From assembly GCF_006345805.1 (NCBI RefSeq), contig NC_043010.1, positions 59,024,001 to 59,088,000 of the forward strand: 64,000 nt of DNA, given 5' to 3'. This stretch comes from Octopus sinensis. Taxonomy: Eukaryota. Shown here piece by piece: positions 51,138-63,577 of this stretch. Position 1 is the first letter of the stretch. Each line of letters begins with the position of its first letter. The translations under genes were made by a program, and so were the position numbers. The notes under the pieces were generated by a model. It searched no databases. It saw only the letters and a list, made by a program, of their open reading frames with translations, and was not told the origin of the DNA.

Positions 51138-54039
51138 AATATTAGAAATATTAATCAAACTTCATTCTTCTATCTTGACAAAAAACTACTCCCATATATA
51201 AAATATAGTTTTGGATACATTATGCTGTAAATAAAGGATGGTCACACCTGTAATCATGGGAATAAGAGTTGATCTAGAACTATACAACATCACTGTTCCA
51301 GTACTTTGTGCCAAAATCTAGCAACCACATTGTTATAAGGTGCCAGAATGGAACGAAAGAATGGGTCCGTTTACATAACTGATGTGACTAAGTCAGAAAA
51401 TATAACAAGTCTACTGTATCTGGAATGGTTCAAGATAAAGTCACTCCACCTTGTTATGTGACCATGGGAAAAGAGCACTCTGTAATAGTTTATTTAACTC
51501 TGATGCCTTTGTCCGTTCTGGTGTCTTAATTCCCATTTACATAATACTGTATCAGAATGCTTATAAACTAAAATTTTCACTAATTCTCTTCTCCCTCACT
51601 CACAAATATGCCTCGTCTGAATTTAGGATTGTGATTGAGAAGACCTGGCAACTAAAGTGAGATCGTAGCCACACATGTCTGGTCCTCTTAAGAATACCCC
51701 TGATGCATTGGGTGATATGATATGCTTGAGAAGACCTGCTGAGTCGAGTGAAACCAATATTATAGCAGGGACTGGTGCCCTCTGACTGGCTCCCATGCCG
51801 GTGGCACATAAAAAACACCATCCGAACGTGTTCAATGCCAGGTCCACCTGACTGGCTCCTTTGCTGGTGGCATGTAAAAAGCATCATCTGAACATGTTTG
51901 ATGCCAGTACCCCCAGACTGGCTCCCGTGTTGGTAGCACATAAAAAGTACCAACTGATCATGACCAATGCCAGTACTCACTGACTGGTTCCTGTGCTGGT
52001 GGCGCGTAAAAAGCACCATCTGAACGTGATCGTTACCAGGCCCGCCTGACTGGCCCTTAATTTGTCAAAGTCTGACTTGGGTCAACTAATTCTGTTAGAA
52101 CTTGTTTACCCAAGTCAAGAAAAAGACACAAACTGTGAGATTTGTGTACAAACTCACTGAGACAATAATGATATTCATTTCTGGACAAAAGAAGGCTGTG
52201 TCAGAGGATTTATTTTAAAACTTTACTCAGGTACATTTATTTAGAAAAATGAAAATGATAAACTTGACAGATGTGGTGTTGTGGACTCTTCCAGCCACTA
52301 TTTTCTGTAGTTCAAATCCTCTACAGACAAAACTAGTTACCTGTAGCTGGGGAACAGTGGGCCCTTTCATCATCATCATCATCATCATGTAATGTTCGTT
52401 TTCCATGTTGGTATGGGTTGTCTGTTGTGGCATGGTTTCTATGGTTTCTATGCCCTTTGTGGAAGAGAAACTTAAAACCTACAATAATGGTCAGCAATAT
52501 ACTATACTACTTGTTTCAGCCTGTTGGTTGTTGTATCTTCATCATCATCATTTAACAGCCACCTTCTATGCTATCACAGGTCAAACAGTTTGACAGGGTC
52601 TGATGAGTCTGAAGACTGCATCAAGCTTAAGTATTTGTTTAGGTGGGGTTTTCTAGGGCTGGATGCTGTTCCTTAACACCAGCCACTTTACTGAATGTAT
52701 TCGGTGCTTTTTACATGTTTAATATATTTAATTGTATTTAATATTTTCATATATTTCTTTTCTGTAATTTCAGATACAAAATTCATTTGAGAAGAGTTTC
52801 TTCTGTGAATACAGTTTAATGAGCATAACGAGTAGGCCTGGTCAACTTGACCAACTAAAGTAATGGACTTGAAATTGTTAAAATTCATCACAGTTATCAA
52901 ATCCTGAATTAAAGCAGTATCATGTAAACCTATCACTCTCCTTTGCTGGTTTTTAACAACCCACACATTTCCCTTTCTAGTTAAGAACATTGATCCAGGC
53001 CATCACACTATTCACAAACACCATCATCATCATCATCGCCCACTTCCCTTTTTCTAAATATCCATAATTGCTTCAACAACAACAACAAAAACCCATCTGT
53101 CTCTTAACATTGATATTAGCATAGCTTTCACTCACTCGAAACAAAGTGCCCACAACCTGGAACTCTTGTTCAGATCATCAACAACACATTTTCAATCTCG
53201 TTTCCGAATGATATACCACAAAGATCCATTGCCTCATCCATTGTTTTTACCATATCCCTACCCAATGTTCTCACTCTGCATTTCCAATCTCTCTACAATA
53301 AACTATATTTTACACACATAGACCATTTGCTATTGTGTAAACACTAAAAATGAAAGTTCATCAAGGTATTCAAAGGACACCGTTTCTTTGTGCTGCAAGT
53401 TCCAAACCTCGCTGTCCCCACCCTGCAATAATGTCCAGATGCGTTTACAAGATGCCAGAAGATTGCTTCAATGCTATCATCCAAATGCTCTCTTTTCCGT
53501 TCAGTTCAGAAACATTCAAAAGACACATTCATATAAAAATATCTGCAGCATCAGTAAACACATTAGCCTCGAACAATGTGCTGGAATGTTTGCTAACAAT
53601 ACAAAGGGCAAAAGAACAACAGCTCTCTCCTCCATGGCCACCACCAGAATCTAATGGAGTGAATGCAACACTTCCCAAATTGTCACACTGCACCTCATGT
53701 TGAAAGGTGCTGTATGGTCTTCAACTTGGTGGAAGAATAGATCTGTGGACTGCATTTTGTTGTTTGACCAACTTCTTGCATGCCACACCGGTTTGCTTGA
53801 GCAGAGCTACCAAGGCCACGCAGCAATGCTATTTGGGTTAAGAATAAAGGTAAGTTTCTATTGTTTGTTTTATCTTTTTCACATTAGATAAAAACAACAA
53901 CTATTGTTGACATTTCATATGATGTACACCTCATAAGCAAATCTTTGTTTTACTTAAACAGATATAGCAAAACAAAAAAAAACAATAATAATAATTACTC
54001 ACTGTTTAAAAGTTATAATTTTGCTGTTGCTTAATATAT

Positions 54040-54400
54040 CATCATCATCATCATCATCATCGTTTAACGTCCTTTTTCCATGCTAGCATGGGTTGGACGG
54101 TTTGACCGGGGTCTGGGAAGCCAGGAGGCTGCACCAAGCTCCAGTCTGATCTGGCAGTGTTTCTACAGCTGGATGCCCTTCCTAATGCCAACCACTCCGT
54201 GAGTGTAGTGCGTGCTTTTTACGTGCCACTGGCACAGGGGCCACAGGTGGCTGGTAAACGGCCATGATCGGTTGGTGCTTTTACGTGTCACCGACACGGA
54301 CGCCAGTCAGGTGGCGCTGGCATCTGCCACGTTCGGATGGCGCTTTTTAACGTGTCACCAGCACGGGTATCTTAACTACAATTTCCATTTGATTTTCATT
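54040..54400 (-). mobile_element. RTE-like LINE 3'-end fragment with (GAT)n tail
   Basis: Similar to 57090-57440. Confidence 0.8.
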
Positions 54401-55539
54401 TTGATGTAGAATATATAGAATGTATCAGTTTTTAACTGCCTGGGGCCTGGTTCAACATTATAAACTTATTGTTTTCAAGTGATCTAATCTAAAGTTTCCG
54501 ATCAAAATTTCATAATAATTTCTGTTCCAAATACCAGTTTAATAAAGTTGTTTTACTGAATTCTTTATTATACTCAAAATTGATTGACGCAGGGGCAGTG
54601 CATTTGTTTAGGAATACAGTAACAAAAGTTTAGTAGTTGTTTTCTATTAGGAGGCTGGCTGTCAGATGGAGACAGTGTTGTGTGTAGTGTAGATGACCAC
54701 TTCTCCAGTGCTGGTGCCGCAATATAACGCACTCTGAGAAGTGGTTGATGTTAGGAATGGGATTCAGTTGTAGAAATGATGCCAAACATTGGAATGTTCA
54801 AGCAAAAAAGCCTCTTCCAAGCTCTCTTGGAGGGCAGTAACCTGAAATTGCAACTAATTAAGTCTGTAACAACCATTGCAAGCAAGGGAAGTGGGCATAA
54901 GATGATGATAACAATGATTGTTTCATTTCTGAAATATTTTGTGAAATCCAGCAGCTCCAGGAAGCAGAGGCCATTACACTAGGTGTTATGAAACACAAAG
55001 TAAGTGGTGATATTGCCATCATCATCACCATCATTTAACATACGCTTTCCATGCTGGCATGGATTGGACAGTTTGACGGAAGCTGACTTGACAGAAGACT
55101 GCACCAGGCTTCAGTGTCTGTTTTGGCTTGGTTTTTTTTAACGGTTGGATGCCCTTCCTAACACCAAACACCCTGTAGTGTGGACTAAATACTTTTTACA
55201 TGGCTCCAGCACAGGTGAGGTCAGTTTTGGCATGGTTTTTACAGCTAGATGCCTTTCCAAATGCCGACCACTTTACAGGTGTGGACTGGATGCTTTTTAC
55301 ATAGCACCTGCTAAATTAAAATGACTCACATTTTATTATTTCTTCAGATTCACATGTTTATGGAAAAGTTCTCCATTCAAGCCTTTTTTTCTCTTTGTTA
55401 TAAATCGAAATCCTAATCACCCATGTGTGTGTGTGTCTATTAAGGAAAACAAATATACACTTGGTTCATAACATTCCTCTTGTTCTTGTCTTCATGAGAG
55501 TTTGTAGTGGCCAGTGTCACACATTCTTTTCTACTCTAG

Positions 55540-55915
55540 GATAAATTTTGGGGGAGGGGGGCCAGTCAATTAGATTGACCCCAGTATGCAAATGGTTCTT
55601 AATGTATCGACCCCGAAAGGATGAAAGGCAAAGTCGACTTCGGCGGAATTTGAACTCAGAATGTAAAGACAGATGAAATACCTATTTCTTTATTACCCAC
55701 AAGGGGCTAAACATAGAGGGGGCAAACATGGACAGACATAGGTATTAAGTCGATTACATCGACCCCAGTGCGTAACTGGTACTTAATTTATCGACCCCGA
55801 AAGGATGAAAGGCAAAGTCGACCTCGGTGGAATTTGAACTCACAACGTAACGGAAGCCGAAATACCGCTAAGCATTTCGCCCGATGTGCTAACGTTTCTG
55901 CCAGCTCGCTGCCTT
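55540..55915 (-). mobile_element. Two adjacent SINE copies (GGCAGCGAGCTGGCAGAAACGTTAGC family)
   Basis: Match 35618-35851 in reverse. Confidence 0.8.
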
Positions 55916-57089
55916 ACCACTGTCACAAATTAAGAAACCCACATATTAATATAAATATCTTCATTATATTTAAAATTTATTATATCATTGATTTTATTCA
56001 ATTTTTTATGTATTAGTCCATGGTTAATATATATAAAAAAAAGAAATTGGTTTTTTTTTCATGAAATAGCCTCCCTTACCTTCTTAATCCTGTCATAGCT
56101 TTGAAACATTCATATTTTCAGAATATTATGTTTTTGACATTTCATTGTAAACTTTATTTCATGTTATTAGTGCCAGTGAGAAAACTTGGTACAATAATAC
56201 CTTGATATACAAGTTAATTTGTTCCCAGAGACCGCTCGTAAAGCAGAGCAATAATTACCCTTAGTAGCAATATTATAAATCGTCATTCGTTCCTAGAAAA
56301 ATATTTTACCCATAAAATGTATAATATTCATAAATATATAGCAATAAAACAGCAGTAGAATGTAAAGAATATTTTATGTAAAGTAAAAAGGATTTTAAGA
56401 TTCAGCACAAAGTTTTGTCAGTGAACAGGTCGCGATCTCAAAGCGACGAAAATATTTTGACAAATTTAATTTAAATGTTGCAGTGAATCTAACGGTTTTT
56501 GTGTGTTTCTTGAATGGCTTATAAACTCCTTCCACGCTGCAATTGATTTCGTTCCAGCACACGATCTCAGATCAGGTCACTTGCTATGCAAGTACATCTC
56601 CGATTTTAAGATCATTTATGATAAAAAAAATATTATTATAATTGTTTTCTGAATCACTTTCACTCGCGCATACCATCACTTGCAGACGTAATAGCTGATT
56701 CACAAGCATTCGTAGACGGAGTTGTGGATTTCCTTTTATAAAAAACAAGTCTAGAGTTGTTTGCTAAGAAGAAGAAGCTGTTCTTTGCTCTCTATAAATT
56801 TCTTGGTAACATGCAGAAGCATTTGTTATGGTAGCAGAAACTGTTGCACTTTGTTCAAAATTTGGATCTTGTGCTTGAAAAATAAAACTTGTCAACCTGG
56901 GTCTCAGTAAAGGGAGTTATTATTGTATTTTTACACCCGTTGTAATGTTGCTTTTTAAGAGTGAAGATCATTAAAACCTTCTAAAGGTTTCCTCACTCCC
57001 TTCATTGAGTTCTTGATAGTGAATATATTGATTTTCACTCCAGCAATGACTTATGGTGGGGATTTTTGAATTAAAAAAAAAAAGTATTT

Positions 57090-59817
57090 CATCATCATCA
57101 TCATCATCATCATCATTTAGCGTCCGTTTTCCATGCTAGCATGGGTTGGACGGTTCTACTGGGGTCTGTGAAGCCAGAAGGCTTCATCAGGCCCAGTCAA
57201 ATCTGGCAGTGTTTCTACGGCTGGATGCCCTTCCTAACGCCAACCACTCCGTGAGTGTAGTGGGTGCTTTTTACATGCCACCCGCACTGGTGCCAGACAG
57301 AGCTGGCAAACGGCCACGAACGGATGGTGCTTTTTATGTGCCACCGGCACGAGGGCCAGGCGAGGCTGGCAACGGACACGAAACGGGGCGGTGCTGGCAA
57401 CGGTCGCGAAGCTGAAAGTTCTCTTACATGCCACCGGCACTGGTAACACATCTGCAATTTCCATTGATCGATTTCCATTGATCGATTTCTATTCTGATCC
57501 TGACTTGCATCAATGGGTCTTCACAAGCAGAGTTTCGACACTGGTAACACATCTGCAATTTCCATTGATCGATTTCCATTGATTGATTTCGATTCTGATC
57601 CTCACTTGCCTCAATGGGTCTTCACAAGCAGAGTTTCGGCACTGGTAGCACATCCGCAATTTCCATTGATCGATTTCGATTCTGATCCTCACTTGCCTCA
57701 ACACGTCTTCACAAGTAGAGTTTTGTGTCCCAAGAAGGGAAGGTATGCATACGTAGGCTGGCTCCATCCCATGTAGAAGGCCACGGGTTGTGGACTCACT
57801 TGTCCTGCCGGGTCTTCTCGCGCACAGCACACTTCCAGAGGTCTCGGTCTCTAGTCATTTCCTCAGTGAGACCTAAAGTTCGAAGGTCGTGCTTCACCAC
57901 CTCGTCCCAGGTTTTCCTGGGTCTGCCTCTTCCACAGGTTCCCTCAACCGCTAGGGTGTGGCACTTTTTCACACAACTATCTTCATCCATTCTCGCCACA
58001 TGACCATACCAGTGCAAACGTCTCTCTTGCACACCACAACTGATGCTTCTTAGGTCCAGCTTTTCTCTCAAGGTACTTACACTCTGCCGAGTGTGAGTAC
58101 CGGCATTACACATCCATCGGAGCATACTGGCTTCATTTCTAGCGAGCTTACGCATATCCTCAGCAGTCACGGCCCATGTTTCACTGCCATGTAGCATGGC
58201 TGTTCGTACACACGCATCATACAGTCTGCCTTTCACTCTGTGCGAGAGGCCTTTTGTCACCAGCAGAGGTAAGAGCTCTCTGAACTTTGCCCAAGCTATT
58301 CTTACTCTAGCAGTTACACTTTCAGCACACCCGCCCCTGCTGCTGACTTGGTCACCTAGGTAACGGAAACTATCAACTATTTCTAGTTTTTCTCCCTGGA
58401 AAGTGACGGAAGTTGGTCTCAGAGCATTTTCAGTGTTTATTGTTCCTGAGCATCTGCCACATACAAAAACCATCTTCCTAGTTAGCCTTCCTTTGACATT
58501 GCTGCATCTCTTATGTGTCCATAGCTTACACTTGGTGCATCTTATAGAGTTTCTACCTACACCTTTTCTACAGATCGAGCAGGGCCATCTACCTGAAGGT
58601 GTTTGTGATTTGTCTACCTTCCTACTGATTACGACTTTGGTTTTAGCTAGATTGACTCTGAGGCCCTTCGATTCTAATCCTTGTTTCCACACCTGAAACT
58701 TCTCCTCCAGTTCTGATAGCGACTCAGCAATTAGAGCAAGGTCATCAGCATAGAGGAGCTCCCAAGGGCATCCTGTCTTGAATTCCTCCGTTATTGCCTG
58801 GAGGACTAAGATAAATAGGAGGGGGCTGAGTACTGAGCCTTGGTGGACCCCTACCTCTACCCGGAATTCTTCACTGTACTCATTTCCAACCCTCACCCTA
58901 CTAGCGGCGTCCCTATACATGGCCCGCACAGCTCTCACTAACCATTCATCTATCCCTAGTTTTCTCATTGCCCACCAGATAAGGGATCGGGGGACCCTGT
59001 CGAAGGCTTTCTCCATGTCAACAAAAGCCAGGTACAGGGGCTTATCTTTGGCTAGGTATTTCTCCTGCAGCTGCCTTACCAGGAATATAGCATCAGTAGT
59101 ACTTTTCCCTGGCACAAACCCAAACTGCATCTCATCTAAACTAACTCTCTCTCTAATTAGTTGGGCTATGACCCTCTCCGTAACCTTCATCACCTGGTCC
59201 AACAGCTTGATACCTCTGTAGTTATTTGTATCTAGGGCATCACCTTTACCTTTGTAGCAGTTGACTATTATACTGCTACACCAGTCATTGGGTATGACCC
59301 CTTTGTGTATCACCTGATTAACTATATGGGTGACTAGGCTATAGCCGACACTACCAGACATTTTGAGCATCTCTGCAGTGATTCCTGATGGGCCTGGGGC
59401 TTTCCCTGTCTTCATGCTTCTAATTGCCTTAGCTACCACAGAACTATCAACTCGGATAGCTGGTCCCTCTGTTGGGTCAACATTCGGCAGACTCTCTTTA
59501 TCCCATTCATTTTCTTCATTCAGCAACCTTTCATAGTGGCATCTCCAAACCTCTCTCTTTGCATCCTCATTTAGCGCAAGTGAACCATCTTCCATGCGAA
59601 CACACTTCTCTCCTACCACATCACGATTCTCTCTCACACACTGTCTTGCAACACGAAACACCTCCAGTCTTTGGTCCTCACGGCGCAGAACATTGGCAAA
59701 TTTTTTCTTATCTGCTTCCCCTCTGGCTAAATAAACCTGTCTCCTAGCTTCTCTTTTGGCAGTCTGATACAATTCCCTGCTACCCCCATTTTTCCAGACC
59801 TTCCAAGCCTGTCTCTT
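57090..59817 (-). mobile_element. Young 5'-truncated RTE-like LINE; ORF 57796-59772 encodes RT plus PHD-type finger; tandemly repeated 3' UTR and (GAT)n tail
   Basis: 658 open codons with KAPGPSG, NYRGIKLL, QFGF, FVDMEKAFD, GVHQGSVLSP, YADD, FRYLG and GRGRPRKTW motifs. Confidence 0.95.
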
Positions 59818-59921
59818 ATTATTTAAGGGTTTGTAGTTGTGATGATTGTCACTGTGGTGAATATCTGATCTTACGTAGTTATAATATTATGTAATATCTG
59901 ATTTTACAGATATAATAATTA

Positions 59922-60316
59922 CTAGCAGTATCGACCGGCGTTGCTAGGGTTTGTTTCAACCCTTTAGAATTGGAATTTTTGAAAAGTAAAAATGTTGCTT
60001 TATGTAGCTTGTTATTCTCTTTAAGTGAACATTTTCTGGTTGAAATACACCGGAAAATGTTGACACAGCGGTTAAAAAATCGTAAAAAATAGGGATTTTC
60101 ATAGAAAAAAAAAAGCCCCTTTTTGATGTAAATAATTTTTGGTGTTAACATGGTCCGATTTGAATTTTTTTCTTCTACGGAAGGAAGAGCAACCCTTCTT
60201 CTATCATACTCTCAATTTTGGCCAACTTGCGCCTCAGGGTCTCGGAGGAGATAGTGTTAGTTGAAGGCTACCAAACCTGTCATATACAGACAACTTCAGC
60301 TTTATATATAGAGAGA
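59922..60316 (-). mobile_element. Non-autonomous Helitron-like element
   Basis: A|TC...CTAG|T on the minus strand; termini shared with 19220-19617. Confidence 0.7.
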
Positions 60317-60378
60317 TAAGTGTATAAAATAAACAAACTAACATTTGTTTTCTTATAAGCGCCGAAAAGTGTAAGATG

Positions 60379-60687
60379 ATAATTTATTTTCGAACGCAGA
60401 AACGCCATTAGGACAGCAGAAAAATTTGTTAAATTGCCCTTACAGAGTGGGAAAATGTGTCAATAAACATCCATGTAACTCAAACCCACATCTCTTGAAG
60501 ACTCCGGCCAAGTGCTTTACCATTGGCAAGCAATTTAGTTTAATGGTAAAACACTTGGTTGAGGTCTTCAAGAGATGTGGGTTCGAGTCCCATGGCTGTT
60601 TGTTAACAAATTTTCCCACTTTATAAGGGTAATTTAACCAATGTTTCTGTTCTTATAACACTGTCTCTGCATTCGAAAATAAATTAT
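60379..60687. repeat. Fold-back element with tRNA-like inner arms
   Basis: 60379-60524 is complementary to 60542-60687; the right arm has AGTTTAATGGTAAAAC and GGTTCGAGTCCC. Confidence 0.8.
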
Positions 60688-62049
60688 TTTATTTGTATCC
60701 TATAATTGAAGGACTATGAATTTTCAAAATACGGATGTTTATTAAATTAAAATTTAATTACATAACACAGGAATGGTATATTAACTATCAAAATAATAAT
60801 GATGTTCGAATATTAATTAATTACAGTTGTAACGTTTTCTGGTAAAAATCTATTCTTGAAGAATCCGCGAAAGGCAACCAAGGGACATAACTCTATTAAA
60901 CCTGGAGTTACGTCCCTTAGCAAAGTGTGGGTCCAAGCTTAAACGCCTGTCTAGGATTTGGAGCGATTTTTGTCGACCAACTCCTTTCCCAAAATTTCAG
61001 GCTTTCTACCTTTCATGAAAAGCAATTATTACTATGTGTAACATTGTTGGATACACATATACAAATCCATATAAATGTGTGTGTATTTCGTTTTTGGATT
61101 TGGTTTGCAAGATTCTTTATGTGAGTTCGTGTGTTGAAGCATCTTTTGTTGTGTCTGGGAGAGTCATTCTCTTTTTGTGCCTTATAATATAACACAATCA
61201 CCGATAAAATTTCCACTTTTTTCTTATTTTTATTTTCCAACAATGTTCGTTGCGTCTTGCAACCTTTTCAATAGTTTTGTGTGTGTATATTTTCTGTTTA
61301 CACTTTATTTGTATACACAGTGTGTGTGTATATAAACGAGCAAAACGCCCCCCCGCCGTCCAATGGACGGTGCTGAGTTGTGAAACATTTAAACATAATT
61401 TTCTCAATACAACTTGTCTGACCGTCCCATAAGCCTCCCTTTTGAGAAACACTGATTTAACCTAAATTTGAGACACCAGGAAAAGAAGAAAAAAAGATAG
61501 ACTTTTTCTCTGTTCCAAAGAAAAACGATTTTATTCACACAAATATGCAACCGAAGAGTTTAAAGTACCAGTAATGATAAGGCTGTTGACTGGGAGAACA
61601 CAGACATGGTTTAAACAGTAAGCTTGGTAGGAAAGAAACGTGCCTTTAAGCAGTAGAAAAACAACAAAAAATGGAAGGTGCAGTTATGTACAGGTTGACA
61701 GGACAAAAACGATGCATGCAAATGGGTTAGCGGGATGTAAATCTAGATGGAAAAGCATGACGAATTTATGAGAACGTACCTGGGACAATAATAAGTTTAT
61801 CCAATAAAACATGTAGGAAATCAATTTGGGGCGATTTTTTTAATGAAAACCAACAACTTAGGGAACTAAGTAACTAATTTTATTATTTCAAGCCAATCGG
61901 CTTCTTTTGCGCAAACTGCACATGCATTTTTCTTGTGTACGCGTAGTATTGATCGCAACAGCTGATGTACTTGCATGTACAAACGCACTGCTGTTCAATG
62001 TTCTGTGAACGCCATGAAGACTGTAAGACATGATGTAGACAGCTGCAAT

Positions 62050-62595
62050 GAAGACTGCATAGCCGTGATCGGTGAGAAGGTGGTGGTCTTTCGGTGTGTC
62101 TCCGCTGACAGTGCCGTCCCACATCATTGAACAGAGCCTTAGGCTCTGTGAAGCTGTTGGAGATTGTGGTCAAATCCTGGCTTGAGAGAGTTGTTGTTGG
62201 AAGGCCATATGTATGCCAGCAGGAGTCAGAAGTGTGTGGTGAAGAATTTCTATAACTTCACCAGCACCAGTTTCAAGCCTCCTAATCTCCCATCCCTGAT
62301 TGTAATCCCGTGGATATTTTTATGTGTAGGGCATGGTTAAGAAACAGATCAGCTCGGCTTACAAAACCAAAGCCATGCTAGTGGCCAAGATCTTTCTAGG
62401 GATGCAATGAAGAAAGCATGTGCCAGGTTCTGGAACAATGTTGAAGCCAAGATGGAAGCTGAGAGGCTTCTTTGAGTAAACTGTAATCTCCCAGACATAA
62501 TTTAGGTAATTTTTAAAAATTTACTTTTATTTTTGAATGGTTATTGTGTTCTCTTTTCCTTTTATGCAAACTATCAAATTTTGCTTGAACATTCA
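62050..62595 (+). mobile_element. Degraded Tc1/mariner-type transposon
   Basis: Degenerate PPNxPDCNP motif and similarity to the 28560-29192 relic. Confidence 0.45.
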
Positions 62596-62644
62596 GTATA
62601 AATGCTGCATGTAATTGTCTCTAGGTAGACTTCTCCATTTTCAG

Positions 62645-63018
62645 ACAGTCACTTTGTTAAAAGCCTCTCTATCCAAGTGACTGACATCAACGATGTACAA
62701 CCACAGTTTACCAAAGATACATTCCAATTCCTCACCTATGAAAACAAAGATAAAGACTTCCCTATTGGGTTTGTCAATGCCACTGACCCTGATAACACAG
62801 CTGCTGCCACAAAGAATACAGCCTACCAAGGTAGAGCAGAGATGAAACAATTGTTGTACCAGACTAACACTTCTGTTGCTATGTCGAGGAATGCAGAAGA
62901 GATGGTGAAGCGGAATATCTATTTTGAGAGATCCAAGAGTGAATGTTATGCAGAAGGTCAGCTACAGAACAAATATGAATCTTCAGTTCAGTCGAGAACT
63001 TTACCAAAACCTACCCCA
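62645..63018 (+). pseudogene. Internally deleted protocadherin exon: EC boundary fused to cytoplasmic-type sequence
   Basis: SIQVTDINDVQPQFTKDTFQFLTYEN...GFVNATDPD is followed directly by a hydrophilic tail with no TM segment; possible acceptor tttcag at 62644; donor CCA|GTAAGT at 63018. Confidence 0.75.
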
Positions 63019-63189
63019 GTAAGTGGAAACATTACATTTTCTCTCTGTAAAAGTGAACAATGAAATCTCTTTGAATATGTTTTAACTTCAATAATACATT
63101 CCAATATTAAATTGTTCTCTTTCCATGTTGATTGTAACTTCCATTGTTTGGTGTCTTCTCACATTTCTTTATCGTTTGTTTGTCAACAG

Positions 63190-63343
63190 AAATACTGTCA
63201 ACCTGTTGTGGTGACATCAAGTGATGATGCTGTGGAAGATAATGCTACTATGGTTTGTAACTATACATCAGATACAATGTCATCCAAGAGAAGTGGTAGA
63301 CAAGGAGACTTGAAACATTACGAAGAAATACCAGGAATATCAG
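63190..63343 (+). pseudogene. Protocadherin cytoplasmic-type exon (KYCQPVVV...HYEEIPGIS)
   Basis: caacag acceptor in phase 0 with the previous exon; open frame; CAG|gtacat donor. Confidence 0.65.
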
Positions 63344-63516
63344 GTACATTAGTTATATTTTATCTTGAAATCATCTGAAATTTGTTAGTAACTCTGTTAA
63401 CAGATTTATAATTGTTTCTAAGAATAAATTAATTCATTTAAATACCAGATTCCTAGAATATTTATTAGAATTTCAGAGTATTAGAATTTATCTACATTAT
63501 CATTACATGCCTATAT

Positions 63517-63577
<61 letters not shown>

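Noticed and set aside
52595-52625. CTGATGA-GTC-TGAA-GAC as a hammerhead
   Set aside because: No GAAA core after stem II; it lies in a decayed LINE tail. The same applies to the minus strand near 57170-57195.
53350-53891. Overlapping 64-117 aa ORFs followed by a GTAAGT donor
   Set aside because: No recognisable domain or consistent frame; at most a non-coding exon.
61235-61275. Minus-strand TTGAAAA-GGTTGC..GCAAC-GAAC hammerhead-like fold
   Set aside because: Both core segments deviate from the consensus; at most a relic.
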